From contig CAXHJY010000254.1 in NCBI GenBank assembly GCA_964016885.1, positions 124,001-188,000 on the forward strand: a DNA stretch of 64,000 bases, in the 5' to 3' direction. This DNA comes from Eledone cirrhosa. Lineage: Eukaryota. The notes below the pieces were generated by a model, which made no database searches, had not been told where the DNA came from, and saw nothing but the letters and a program-made list of their open reading frames with translations. How positions within the stretch are numbered: position 1 is the first letter of the stretch; every line of letters begins with the position of its first letter. Shown here in pieces: positions 1 to 15,399 of the stretch. The translations under genes and the position numbers were made by a program.

Positions 1-712
1 TATAGCAGTAATCGTAGACTAAAATTCTAACTAGGAGACCAAATGAATCTCCGCTACAGAGTTAAGAACAAAGTAAATAAATACAATACAGAAGTAATAG
101 GAACAAATAAATACATACACGCAAACAGATACGTACATACACAAGCATACGCAAAACCTTACCATGGGTATACAAAACCACGCACATATAAATATGTGTG
201 TGTGTGTATGCTTGTGTATAAATAAATAATTATATAAACGTATATAAGTAAATAAATACGTATATAACAAGCGCACACGCATACCTACATATAAATACAC
301 GAATGTTCGGAGACGTAAGTCAACTAAAACAAGAAGTACACATATACACACACCCACCATACGTACGAACCTGCACACTCACGCGGACGCAAAACTCCCG
401 TATACACATAGCCAAACCCTAAATACCAGAATATGTAAAAATTATACGCTATAACAGTCAAATATACGTACGAGAAGGTATACATACCTTCACAAAACAT
501 ACGGGTAATATATACTTACCTATGCAAATACGTAAAGGAATAAACAAAACATATACTTAGCTCCCACATCAAGTCGTAAAATATCCACGTATAGATCGTA
601 CTCTCCGTTAGGGTATAACGTGGGGCTGTAATACATGAAAGTGTTGTGCAATTTATGTTTACAAGCCGAAATTGCCTCAGATTTTTTGTTTAAGATGTGG
701 TCTGTGGCGTAG

Positions 713-1007
<295 letters not shown>

Positions 1008-1061
1008 TAAAAAAATAATGAATAAAACAATGAAACAGTTCCTTATATTAAACAAAAAAAG

Positions 1062-1215
1062 TTCATTATTTAACGATCGTTTCTAGGATATATATGTGTT
1101 AGAATTGGCATGCATATTCAACAGATCTATGTACAAAATTATACAAAATTATACAAACTATCAAAATTAAATATACATACCAACACATATATATGCCGTC
1201 TTCAGAAATAATGAA
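1062..1215 (-). ncRNA. Type I hammerhead ribozyme with ~115-nt stem II (family A pLTR)
   Basis: Reverse complement of the motif at 7740-7893. Confidence 0.8.
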
Positions 1216-1671
1216 ATATATTTATTGATAATAACAACAATTCAAAATTACAGGTCTGTTTGGGAACAGAGTTCAAATTGACCAATGAAAACACAAAAAG
1301 TTTATACAGTTAGGTGTGTGTATATATGTAAGTAACTTCGTTCACAGATATGCATAAAAATATATATGTTCACATGCATACGCATGCCGAAAAGATGTAT
1401 GTAAATACAAAAATTCAAGGCTAATGTCTCTGTATGTTTATAATCTACAGATAAAATACGTATACGCATATAAATATAAAAATAAAAAAATAAATATATA
1501 CACACATTCATATACTCACACATATACGTACATTCACACACACACGCGCGTATACGCATAAACATACACACAACCACGAACATAGAAAAAAGAAATATAT
1601 TAAGAACATAGAAAAAAGAAATATATTAAGAAAATATACATATATATATATATACATATACATATATACAC

Positions 1672-1704
<33 letters not shown>

Positions 1705-1745
1705 TATAAACAAGTAAAATATAAAATATACATCAATATACATAC

Positions 1746-1803
<58 letters not shown>

Positions 1804-2017
1804 GTATATATACATACATATACATACACATATACATAAACACATACATACACATACATATACATACACACACCATATAAATACACATACACATACACAC
1901 ATGCATACATATAGAGACACATACATATACACATATAAATACATAGACATATACACATATACACGCATATATATATAAACATACATACATACATATATAT
2001 ATATATATCCATTCACA

Positions 2018-2064
<47 letters not shown>

Positions 2065-2156
2065 CACATATCTACACACATATAAAACACACTCATGCAT
2101 ATACACACATACACATACATACCCACACATATATATATATAGATATACATACACAT

Positions 2157-2262
<106 letters not shown>

Positions 2263-2279
2263 ATACACTTACATACATG

Positions 2280-3313
2280 AGATTAGAATATATACCTTCT
2301 ACTAAAAATACTATAAATATACAACCTAATATTACCAACAAACACCAAATGAAAGGTACACACCTAAATGCCACCCACACTATACCCCAAAATACCAACA
2401 ACTCTTCTAATATAAAGTATAGTAACTCTCAAAAAACCACTAATCATACAACTCTAATAAATGTTAATAATAAAACTCCTAATAAACAAGATAAAACACC
2501 TAAATCTACAAATCTAACTAAAAATGTGCGTGGTGGGATCATTAACATTAATCCTCCTAGTAAACATCACGATACAACCTATAAAAATAATAAACAACAT
2601 AGAAACCGTAATAGACGAGTTACTTGGTATAATGCTCTATTTAATTTACAAACTAAGGATAATATTGCTAAAAAAATTTTTTATATCTTAGAGAAAAACT
2701 TCCCGCCAAACCACAAATACCATCAAATCTTAAATAGGTCTACAGTTAAATTCTCATACTCAACAACAAATAACATAAAACAAAATATAAGTGCCTATAA
2801 TGCATATAAATGTAGGAATACCATAAGTATACCACCAATACATCAAACTAACCATAATATCTCCTCAAATACAGAACTAACGAAAGGTTGTAACTGTAGA
2901 AACAAAGCAAACTGCCCATTAAAAGGAAATTGTCTTGTTAACAACATAGTTTATAAATGTAATGTTAAAACTAAAGATTCTATTTGCTCATATATAGGAG
3001 CTACTTCTAACAATTTTAAGGTAAGGTTTAATACCCACAAACATAGTTTTAAAAATGCCGCACTGGCTAATACAACATCTCTAGCAGAAAAAATCAATAG
3101 TTATAAAATAAGAATATAGAATATGATATGACCTGGAGTGTGCTCAAAAGAGCCACCCCTTATCAAAATAATAGAAATGAATGTAGATTATGTTCCCAAG
3201 AACTATTTGAAATAATGAAATCTAAGGATATCCTATTAAATAAACGACAGGAATTAATTATATCGTGTAATCATAAACTAAGAAAAACATTTAAATATTA
3301 TAAACCTAATTAA
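2280..3313 (+). pseudogene. 5'-truncated, frameshifted family A PLE ORF (linker + GIY-YIG endonuclease)
   Basis: Near-identical to the C-terminus of 53074-55113 ([31 protein letters not shown]). One A is lost near 3105, splitting it into two ORFs. Confidence 0.92.
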
Positions 3314-4507
3314 TAACATTATTTTAGAAATTAATATATAATTTAATTTAAATGTTAGTTAACCTATAAATTTAATTTAATTAAAATTCTACTACAGATG
3401 AGATTATAAAATATTGTGTAATCATAAATTGTGAAAAACTTTTAAATATTACTAATATATACTTCGTAAATTAATTTATAGATTAATTTTAATTTATTTA
3501 ACCTTTTATTAAAATTCCTTTACAGATAAAATATAACAAAATATCGTGTATTCAATGACAGAGAAATAATTTTTAATATTATAGACCTAATTAATGTACA
3601 TTTTAGAAATATATTTATAATTTGGTTTTAAATTTGTTTAACCTAAAAATTTAATTTAATTGGCTTAAAATTAATATCCTAATACAGATGGATTGCAGAG
3701 TGTCATTTAATCATAGACTGATAGGTTTTGGATGTATACCTAGTGAATATATTCTTTGCAATTTTTGAAAAAATATGTATGTGTATGTATATATATGTAT
3801 ATGTATGTATATATGTATATGTATATGTATATATATATGTGTATGTATTAATTTTAATTTCTGTTTACCTATAATTATATTCTACTATAGATAAAATACA
3901 ATATCTGTTTTAATTATTATAAACCAAATTAACATATACTATAGAAATTAATATATAATTTTTAATTTAGTTAACCTATAATTTATATTCTACTACCGAT
4001 GTAATACTTTATTTGTTTTTTTCCCTATTACTAAATTCATTTCCTAATATTGATACCATAACGTTAATAATTTTAATTTAGTTATACTATAATTAATACT
4101 CTACTACTATTTAACTTCAAAATTCCGCTTCAAATATTATAAACATAAGTAGTATACACCTTAGAAATCAATATATTAACTATCTTTATTTTAGTTAACC
4201 TATAATTAATAGTCTACTTATATTAAAATGCATAATTTTGCCTTCTTTCTTACATTTCCTAATACTGAAACTACTATGTAAACGCATATTATGATCTAAA
4301 TGCAGATTAATATTCTATGTTTCTTGAAACCTATATTTACTATAATCCCCCCCCCCCCCTATTATTATTTGTATTTGTAAGCGTGGATGTATGTATGTAT
4401 ATGTAGGTAGGTATGTATGTTTGGGTGTTTGTATGTGAGTATAAAAATACATATGTGCGCATGTAAATAAGGGTGTATGATTGTGTATATATATATATAT
4501 ATATATG

Positions 4508-4548
<41 letters not shown>

Positions 4549-4663
4549 CTATGTATTTATGTGGGTATATGTGTGTATGTATATGTATGCACATGTATAC
4601 GTCTATGTGTATATGTGTGTATGTGTATATATGTACGTATGTGCGCATGTATATGTGAGTGTT

Positions 4664-4754
<91 letters not shown>

Positions 4755-4802
4755 AGTTGATGTGTGTATGTGTGTATATATATATGTATGTATATGTATG
4801 TA

Positions 4803-4861
<59 letters not shown>

Positions 4862-4986
4862 ATATATATATGTATATGTATGTGTGTGCATATTTGTCTG
4901 ACTGTGTGTATTAATTAATTAATTTATTTATTTCTTTTATTTATTTATTTTTCTATATATATGTATATATGTATATATGTGTATAT

Positions 4987-5050
<64 letters not shown>

Positions 5051-5381
5051 ATATATATGTATGTGTGTATGTATGTGTATGTATGTGTGTGTGTGTGTGT
5101 GTGTATGTGTGTATATATTTATATGTGTATATGTATCTCTATTTATATATGTATATATGTGTATGTATATCCCTTTATTTATGTATGTCTGAGTTGTGTG
5201 AGCGTGTGTATATGTATGTGTATGTATGTCTGAGTTGTGTGAGCGTGTGGTGGTGTTTGTATGTATATACGCATACATGGATGTGTATGTATGTGTATAT
5301 ATGCGTATATGTATGTGTATGTATGTGTGTATATATGTATGTCTATGTATGAGTATGTATGTGTGTGTATGTATGTATATA

Positions 5382-5466
<85 letters not shown>

Positions 5467-5548
5467 TATATGTGTGTGTGTATGTATATATATCTTTGTA
5501 TATGTGTATGTGTATGTAAGTGTATGTATGTATGTATATATATATATA

Positions 5549-5642
<94 letters not shown>

Positions 5643-5703
5643 TGGGTATGTATGTGTATGTGTGTATATGCATGAGTGTGTTTTATATGTGTGTAGATAT
5701 GTG

Positions 5704-5788
<85 letters not shown>

Positions 5789-6079
5789 TGTGAATGGATA
5801 TATATATATATATATGTATGTATGTATGTTTATATATATATGCGTGTATATGTGTATATGTCTATGCATTTATATGTGTATATGTATGTGTCTCTATATG
5901 TATGCATGTGTGTATGTGTATGTGTATTTATATGGTGTGTGTATGTATATGTATGTGTATGTATGTGTTTATGTATATGTGTATGTATATGTATGTATAT
6001 ATACGTATATCCCCCTCCGCCTTTTGGGATTCTTTCTCACGTCGTGTAGACGCGTTCTTGAGACTAGTAAAATGAGGTA

Positions 6080-6169
6080 TCCTCTTGATAAGTCGGCAGA
6101 CCTCGCAAGGACTCTATATCTTTATGATATATTGTTTTTGTTTATGCCACGAAACTACGTAGTCGAGGA
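6080..6169 (+). ncRNA. Type I hammerhead, U3-A8 variant core, 59-nt stem II
   Basis: TCCTC-TTGATAA-[GTCGGCA...TGCCAC]-GAAA-CTACGTAG-TC-GAGGA. Stem I TCCTC/GAGGA, palindromic stem III, GUC triplet. Confidence 0.8.
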
Positions 6170-6674
6170 ATTTAGGAGCAGTTTAGGTATGATACATTTT
6201 ATTACTAATTATATCTAAATGTTTCTTCTCTCTTCATAAGGTATTTTTAACTGTGATACTGGTTCGGTCTAGTTCAACCGAATTGGTCTGTCCCAGTCAT
6301 TCATTGAGCAACATCGGTGAAGTTGGCACCCTTAACTCACAGTTGGGTGCGGATGCATTCATGTATATATGTGTGTGTCCGCATGTATCTGTGTGCTTCT
6401 AAATATATTGTTAATAACTCCCTCTGGTCGAGCAATCTTTAAAGTGTGGGGACAGCTGGAAGGCTTCCATTACTCATACTTCTCGCCTTCTTCACCACCT
6501 CTTCTGCGGCCTCGATATGAATACCCCCTCCGCCTCCGTGGTATTTTCTTCGGGGTTATAAGAGGCTTAGCTCTGTTTCTCGACCGTTATATCGCGTGAC
6601 TATCTCCCCCTCCGCCTTTTGGGATTCTTTCTCACGTCGTGTAGACGCGTTCTTGAGACTAGTAAAATGAGGTA

Positions 6675-6764
6675 TCCTCTTGATAAGTCGGCAGACCTCG
6701 CAAGGACTCTATATCTTTATGATATATTGTTTTTGTTTATGCCACGAAACTACGTAGTCGAGGA
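6675..6764 (+). ncRNA. Second copy of the U3-A8 hammerhead
   Basis: Same sequence as 6080-6169, offset 595. Confidence 0.8.
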
Positions 6765-7739
6765 ATTTAGGAGCAGTTTAGGTATGATACATTTTATTAC
6801 TAATTATATCTAAATGTTTCTTCTCTCTTCATAAGGTATTTTTAACTGTGATACTGGTTCGGTCTAGTTCAACCGAATTGGTCTGTCCCAGTCATTCATT
6901 GAGCAACATCGGTGAAGTTGGCACCCTTAACTCACAGTTGGGTGCGGATGCATTCATGTATATATGTGTGTGTCCGCATGTATCTGTGTGTTTCTAAATA
7001 TATTATATATATATATATATATATGTATATGTATGTATATTGATGTATATTTTATATTTTACTTGTTTATATATATGTGTATATATATATATATATATAT
7101 GTGTGTATATATGTATATGTATATATATATATATGTATATTTTCTTAATATATTTCTTTTTTCTTTTTCTTTTTATTTCTAAATTTATAGATACATTTAT
7201 AAATAGGCAGCTTGCTGACACCGTTAAATACTGACCTCTCCCCCCCCCCACCTACTTTCTGTATCTGGATCTAAATATGTGTGGCAGTGTTTATGTGCGC
7301 GCATTAATGTCCATATGCTTATGATAATAGTATATACACATATATGTGTGTGGGGGTGTGTGTGTGAATGTATGTTCGTGGTTGTGTGTATGTTTATGCG
7401 TATACGCGCGTGTGTGTGTGAATGTACGTATATGTGTGAGTATATGAATGTGTGTATATATTTATTTTTTTATTTTTATATTTATATGCGTATACGTATT
7501 TTATCTGTAGATTATAAACATACAGAGACATTAGCCTTGAATTTTTGTATTTACATACATCTTTTCGGCATGCGTATGCATGTGAACATATATATTTTTA
7601 TGCATATCTGTGAACGAAGTTACTTACATATATACACACACCTAACTGTATAAACTTTTTGTGTTTTCATTGGTCAATTTGAACTCTGTTCCCAAACAGA
7701 CCTGTAATTTTGAATTGTTGTTATTATCAATAAATATAT

Positions 7740-7893
7740 TTCATTATTTCTGAAGACGGCATATATATGTGTTGGTATGTATATTTAATTTTGATAGTTT
7801 GTATAATTTTGTATAATTTTGTACATAGATCTGTTGAATATGCATGCCAATTCTAACACATATATATCCTAGAAACGATCGTTAAATAATGAA
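7740..7893 (+). ncRNA. Type I hammerhead with ~115-nt stem II (family A pLTR)
   Basis: TTCATTATTT-CTGAAGA-[7757-7871 long hairpin]-GAAA-CGATCG-TT-AAATAATGAA. Perfect 10-bp stem I, palindromic stem III, GUU triplet. Confidence 0.82.
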
Positions 7894-8090
7894 CTTTTTT
7901 TGTTTAATATAAGGAACTGTTTCATTGTTTTATTCATTATTTTTTAAATATTTTATCTTGACTCTGTATTCCGTTTATCTTTCACCGAAAGTGATTTTTC
8001 ATTGCATCTCTTCTTTCCATGATATCCGGATTACATTGAGTTCTTCATACGGATTGGACACTACCGTAAACTCTTGGTAGATTTATCTAC

Positions 8091-9198
<1,108 letters not shown>

Positions 9199-9206
9199 TT
9201 ATTAAA

Positions 9207-9288
9207 ATAACAGATTAAAGTTTAAGCAAAGAATCGCTGCTTTCACCCTTAACGGGATCTTCTGAAACTAACAAAGTCAATCTGTTAT
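9207..9288 (-). ncRNA. Solitary hammerhead-like motif with CAGAAGA (U4A) core
   Basis: Minus strand: ATAACAGATT..AGTTT-CAGAAGA-TCCCGTTAAGGGT-GAAA-GCAGCGATTCTTTGC-TT-AAACT..AATCTGTTAT, lying between two TA runs. Confidence 0.6.
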
Positions 9289-9302
9289 ATATATATATAT
9301 AT

Positions 9303-9480
9303 ATACAATATATAAGCAGTTTTATAAATAAATTTGACGTACCATAAATATTGATCAACTTCCATGTACGAAGTTGGTTTGGTAGTGAGATCTTTAAATA
9401 TTTAGTGTTAAGCACAGTTAGAAAGAAAGACGGAGAAAAGGAAGAAGTGTATGTAAAGAAAAACAGAGAGATAGAGAGAG
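9303..9480 (-). repeat. Fragment of repeat family E
   Basis: Diverged reverse complement of ~50600-50795 (TATTTATGGTACGTCAAA; CCGTCTTTCTTTCTAACTGTGCTTAACACT). Confidence 0.75.
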
Positions 9481-10564
9481 TGAAACCTACCAACATAATC
9501 ACACATAGTATGGCCACAAAGCCTAACCAAATTAGAGGCACGAATAATAGTAAGAACCCTAATGGCGGTAACCTAGCTAAATGTAAACCACGTAAAGACA
9601 ATACTAGAGTCCCCCACCACAACTCTAAAACAGTAAATGATCACGCCATGAATATAAACCATCCGGGCTTAAGCAAAACAGACAACGCCACTAACGTTAA
9701 TAACGGAACCCTACAAAATAGTACGCACAGTAGCGAGACTCACCCCACAGATAAGAAAAATAGAAGAAGGAAAAACATGTATTTTAACCCACCTTTTAAC
9801 TCTGAGGTCCTCACTAACCTCCCCAGAGTATTCTTCTCATTATTGGAAAAAACTTCCCACCAGGCAATAGATACCGCAACATAATTAACAAAAACGTAAT
9901 TAAATTATCCTATTCGACCACACCTAACCTCGCATCACACCTAGCACGTACGAACATTAGGAAAACTAAGGAGGGATTCGAAGCAATTAAAATGGCAGTT
10001 AACCACCAGCAACCGACTACACTGGAAAATGGGCAACATAATAGCATCAATGAGCCATCTAATGATATAGAGGCACCTAGTGATAATGCTAGTAACCAAA
10101 CTTTGGGAGGTAAGCTAACTAATCGAACCCGCAGTTGCAATTGTAGGCGGAGTAGTAATTGTCCCCTAAGGGGGGATTGCCTCATGAAAAACATAGTATA
10201 TGCATGTGACGTAACCACACACAACTCTACCAAAACATATATAGGAGCAACGTCCAATACATTTAAAACTAGATTTAACGCACATATGTACACATTTAGA
10301 CACAACAGACATAAGAATGCCACCTCACTGGCGGGATACATCTCCTTCTTAAAAAATAATAGTACCCCATACAAACTTTTTTTGAGGAAGCTTACTAGAT
10401 CCACGCCATACCGACCGCAGAGCGGAAGTTGTGACCTGTGTTTACTGGAATGCCATGCCATAATACACTCTAAACTGAACCTGCTTAACAGGAAATCGGA
10501 AATTTTCTCCTCATGCCAACACAAAATCCTGAGTTCCTTCTTCTATTTTAAACCTAGCACATAG
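9481..10564 (+). pseudogene. 5'-truncated Hydra-type PLE family C ORF (linker + GIY-YIG), one frameshift near 9850
   Basis: RRRKNMYFNPPFN..TNL, then in the shifted frame NFPPGNRYRNIINKNVIKLSYSTTPN, CNCRRSSNCPLRGDC, IVYAC..TYIGATSNTFKTRF, CDLCLLE, LLNRKSE..SCQH. Homologous to families A and B. Confidence 0.9.
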
Positions 10565-10687
10565 ACGTAACATATATCACACAACCCCCACCTAGACTAT
10601 AGTCCCCCCCTTTCCCCCCAACCCGTAACCTAGATAGATAGGTACCCTAAGGGTGGTACAGTCCCCTCCCTACAAGGTTGGTGCTCT

Positions 10688-10726
<39 letters not shown>

Positions 10727-11398
10727 TCTCCTTTTATCTCTCACACGCACGCACACGCAGACATATGTGTGGGTGTGCGTGCGTGTGTGCATGCATGCAC
10801 GCATGTGTGCGTGCATTGTATGTATGTATATTGTGTGTATATGTATGTATATATATGTATGTGTATATATATGTATATACATGTGTGTGTGTATATGTAT
10901 ATTGTATGCATGCGTATTATATTGTGTGTATGTGTATGTGTGACATGTATGTGAATATATGTATGTATGCGTATGAGTGTGTATGTGTAAGTGTATAATG
11001 TGTGTATGTATGTGTATATGTATGTATGTATGTGTATGTGTATGTATGTGTATATGTATGTATGTGTGTATATGTACTCTTCTGTAGAAATTCTCTCTAT
11101 ATGTGCTGTGTGGCACGAATTCCTCCTATAATACTCTTCTCTGAGAGGAGTACGATATGCAGAGTAACACATGTATTGTCGAAGTTGAAACTGAGAACCA
11201 CCACCCCTCCTGCTGACCTGGATGTTTACTGAGGACCAGAACACCATTCTCCGCAATATAAGAGCGAAATGCGCTTGCCGGACTATTGATGACCATAACA
11301 TCACATTCCAATGTAGTGGCAAAATACAGTGAATGATATGCACGACCAGAACACCACAGCATGCATATCCAAACAGCACAGATATGATATCAATGGGG

Positions 11399-11713
11399 GA
11401 ATCAACTGAATTTTTTGAGTTGAAATACATGTGGATATGTGTCTGTGTGTATCGAACACACGTACACATAAGGAGGCTCTTGACCTAAATATACCTGTCA
11501 TGCCTGTCTGAATTCCTAAGGGAACTGTCGGCCAGTTACTGTCTTGACCGATTGTAGTACCACTAGGTGAATCATTTGAGTTTTTCGAGTTGAAATACAT
11601 ATAGATATGTGTCTGTGTGTGTCGGACACACGTACACACATAAAAAAGCTGCCGACCTAAATGTGCCTGTCATGCCTGCCTGAATTTTCGGTCAGTTGTT
11701 GACTTGACCGATT
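11399..11713. repeat. Diverged ~170-bp tandem duplication
   Basis: 11399-11553 resembles 11568-11713 (GAGTTGAAATACAT..GATATGTGTCTGTGTGT..GACCTAAAT..CCTGTCATGCCTG..CTTGACCGATT). Confidence 0.85.
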
Positions 11714-12908
11714 AACCCCACAATTACTACGTAGCGGTTCTTGCACGTGACTACTGGACCCGGATGAAACGAAGACGAAGAATTTCCTTGCGTACCGTTT
11801 TGTACCACAGATGCGATCTCACCCTGCTTCGTTAATGTCCTATCGACACCAAAGTTCAACGTTCGGGCGAATAGATTTGAATCCAACCACCAACAACATA
11901 GCTGGATGACCGATAATCACACCAAACCGGAGTACTGTGATCCTTGTGACTTCCAAATATACAACCACTGACACTGTTACGAAGACCAGAAAACCATACT
12001 CCATATATTGAACCAATTGATTGATTTGTGCGACCAAAATAACACCAAACACATATTGAACTATGAATATTGGATCCTCAGTCAATGTCCGGGTGAGCAA
12101 AAATTGATTCTATCTGCATTGGAATTTACAAACTTGTGCATCTGCTGTGGTGTCAAAAACAAACGCACATGACCGCACAGATAAACAATGGACCATGCCA
12201 CGTGGCTTGAACCCGTAAGTGAATTGAAGGTTCTGCAACTCTGATACACATATTGTTTATTATTTATTATTAAGATGTATAAACTGGACATAACTATTAT
12301 CATCTTATATTCTCTCAACTAATCACACTTGATCATATTTCTCTATCCTGTTTTCTCCCCCCATAATTATTATATTTTTTTTATTATTGTTTGAAAAAAT
12401 CGGTTTTTTTACATTGTGTTTTCCCCTCCAAATATTCGCTTATATTTCCTTATATATTCTCTATATATATTTTTTTATCTTTATTATTTCCACTTTTATC
12501 CTCCTTTATATTTTACCTTATTCTTACCTTTATACCTTATTATAGTGTAATCTTCCCCATGCCTTATTATACACTATTAATTATAGATTATTATTATTAC
12601 TCTTTTTCCATTTCTAATTACCTCGTGTACCTTCTCCTCCGCTATATGTATATATGTATTCTACGCCCTTTGTGTTTGTGTAGCCTCTGCGCACCCTCTG
12701 CACCATACTATCGACGCCACCCCATCCATGGTTCAGCTAACCACCCGACTCCCGGGAATGAATATGACCGCAGCTAGTAAACAAGGACCAACACCCCACC
12801 CTCCCGCACCAAAATTAGACTTATCGTCCCCTACTTTTGCTCTTTACTCTCTTTACTCTTTGTTCTTGGGTGTTTGGTTGGTAGAGTCCATAACACCAAT
12901 CAAACCCC

Positions 12909-12970
12909 TTTTATAGCTCCGATGAATCCTACGGTTACACGTAAGGAAGAAACATTGTTAGCCAATAAAA
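12909..12970 (+). ncRNA. Hammerhead-like motif with CCGATGA (U4C) core, probable pLTR of family C
   Basis: TTTTATAGCT-CCGATGA-ATCCTACGGTTACACGTAAGGAA-GAAA-CATTG-TT-AGCCAATAAAA, about 130 bp before the next TA run. Confidence 0.6.
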
Positions 12971-13104
12971 ATCTGTTGATGTTGTAGACGCTCTTGTGTT
13001 CTTTTTCATATATACGGCTCTGCTCCAAAGCATAGAGCTAATTATTATGCTGCCAATACCTTAACGGGACACGGGTATATAATACCTAACTCCTATTAAC
13101 CTAA

Positions 13105-14030
<926 letters not shown>

Positions 14031-14034
14031 ATGG

Positions 14035-14290
14035 AGAGGTAAATATTCATATTATATTTTTTAATGTATTTTAAAAAATTGATTGAATTTTACTTGTTCT
14101 GCTTATCTTAATATTAAAGTTCTGGTGTATCAAATTAATACCATTGAACAACCTTGAATCATAGACAACCTATGTATTTCTGGGGGTACCTAGTATCCCT
14201 GGACATATTAACTTCAATCTTTTCTCCGTCCGTTGAGAACAATCCTGTTGCTCTATATAGCTGCTATTTTTTTAGTAGTAATTGTAGACA
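14035..14290. repeat. Unclassified non-coding repeat (family F), homologous to ~49020-49290
   Basis: Shared blocks AGGTAAATATT, TTGAATTTTACTTGTTCTGCTTAT, AAGTTCTGGT.TATCAAATTA.TACCAT, AATCATAGACA and GGGGGTAC. Confidence 0.75.
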
Positions 14291-14382
14291 GCAAGTCTTT
14301 GATTTTCCCGCTTTTACTTCGGTCCAGTTTACATACGGGTCATGTGTGTGTGTGTGTATCTGTGTATATGTATATGTGTATG

Positions 14383-14465
<83 letters not shown>

Positions 14466-15129
14466 GTGTATATGTATTGTATATGTATGTATGTATGTAT
14501 GTGTGTATGTATGTGTGTGTACATGAATATATATTTATATTTATATATATTTATATATTTTTTATATATGTGTGTGTGTTTTTATGTGTGTATATGTGTT
14601 TGTGTGTGTGTTTATTGTTGCGCGTAAGTGTGTGAGTGAGTATGTGTTTTTTTGTTTTTTTGTGAATGTGTCTGTTGATTTTTGGCATATAGTTGATTAG
14701 TTTAAGAGAAGTTCGAAGATAATAGTAAGATATGCACTCAGTATTTTGAATCTGTCTGCAGAATTCTCTAGACCTTTGTCACTTAGTAGAACCTTAATGA
14801 CTTTAGCTTTTAAAGAATCTCCCTTTTCTTTAATTCTATCGACCATGACTGACCCCCCCACTGACTTTATAGACATCTGTTAGCTTAAGAGAAACTTATT
14901 GACAAGGAATGGTATGCCATCCGGAACCTGTTTATAGAATTCTGTCTGCCTTTGTTACTCTAAAAACATAAATAAATAAAAATAAAAATAAAAATAAACT
15001 ATAGCTTTGTAGAATTAGCTTTTAATGAATTCCCTTTTCTATCAACAGATGACCTGCACCCATCCCACTCCCCACCCTCTCCTACCACTTGTAGAGACCT
15101 ATAAATACCATATTTATTTTTTGATACCC

Positions 15130-15180
15130 AGATTCCTGATGATTTCTAATGAATGAAACAGTTCTAGTCCTGTAGAATCT
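15130..15180 (+). ncRNA. Compact canonical type I hammerhead in a foreign pLTR-like segment (family D)
   Basis: AGATTC-CTGATGA-TTTCTAATGAAT-GAAA-CAGTTCTAGTCCTG-TA-GAATCT. 6-bp stem I, GUA triplet. Confidence 0.85.
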
Positions 15181-15399
15181 CTTCTATATTAAAACTGTTA
15201 TACTCTGCTATGTATTGAGTACCTTACTTACTGTGGTTACCTCCGATTCAACCCGGAACTACAACTGGAACCGTCGAGCAAACTCTACGTGAGCTGATAA
15301 TCTACTGTGTGTAATATTTATATTACAACACAACGGAAAATACTGTATATTTACCTCCTGTAAAGTCGAGCAACCCACACAGCAAACGCAACCACAACA

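Larger units (their letters stand above)
6011..7004 (+). mobile_element. Non-coding retrozyme-like element: 595-bp unit, about 1.67 copies, one HHR per unit
   Basis: 6011-6409 is repeated at 6606-7004 (one mismatch seen). Inserted into a TA run of the family A 3' UTR and absent from the inverted arm (~1750-1805). Many hairpins, no credible ORF. Confidence 0.75.

Noticed and set aside
600-712. Hairpin followed by GAAA near the left end
   Set aside because: No CUGANGA-like core or stems I and III; 1-712 is left unclassified.
9351-9480. N-terminus of the 177-aa ORF
   Set aside because: It derives from an inverted family E non-coding fragment, not from the PLE protein.
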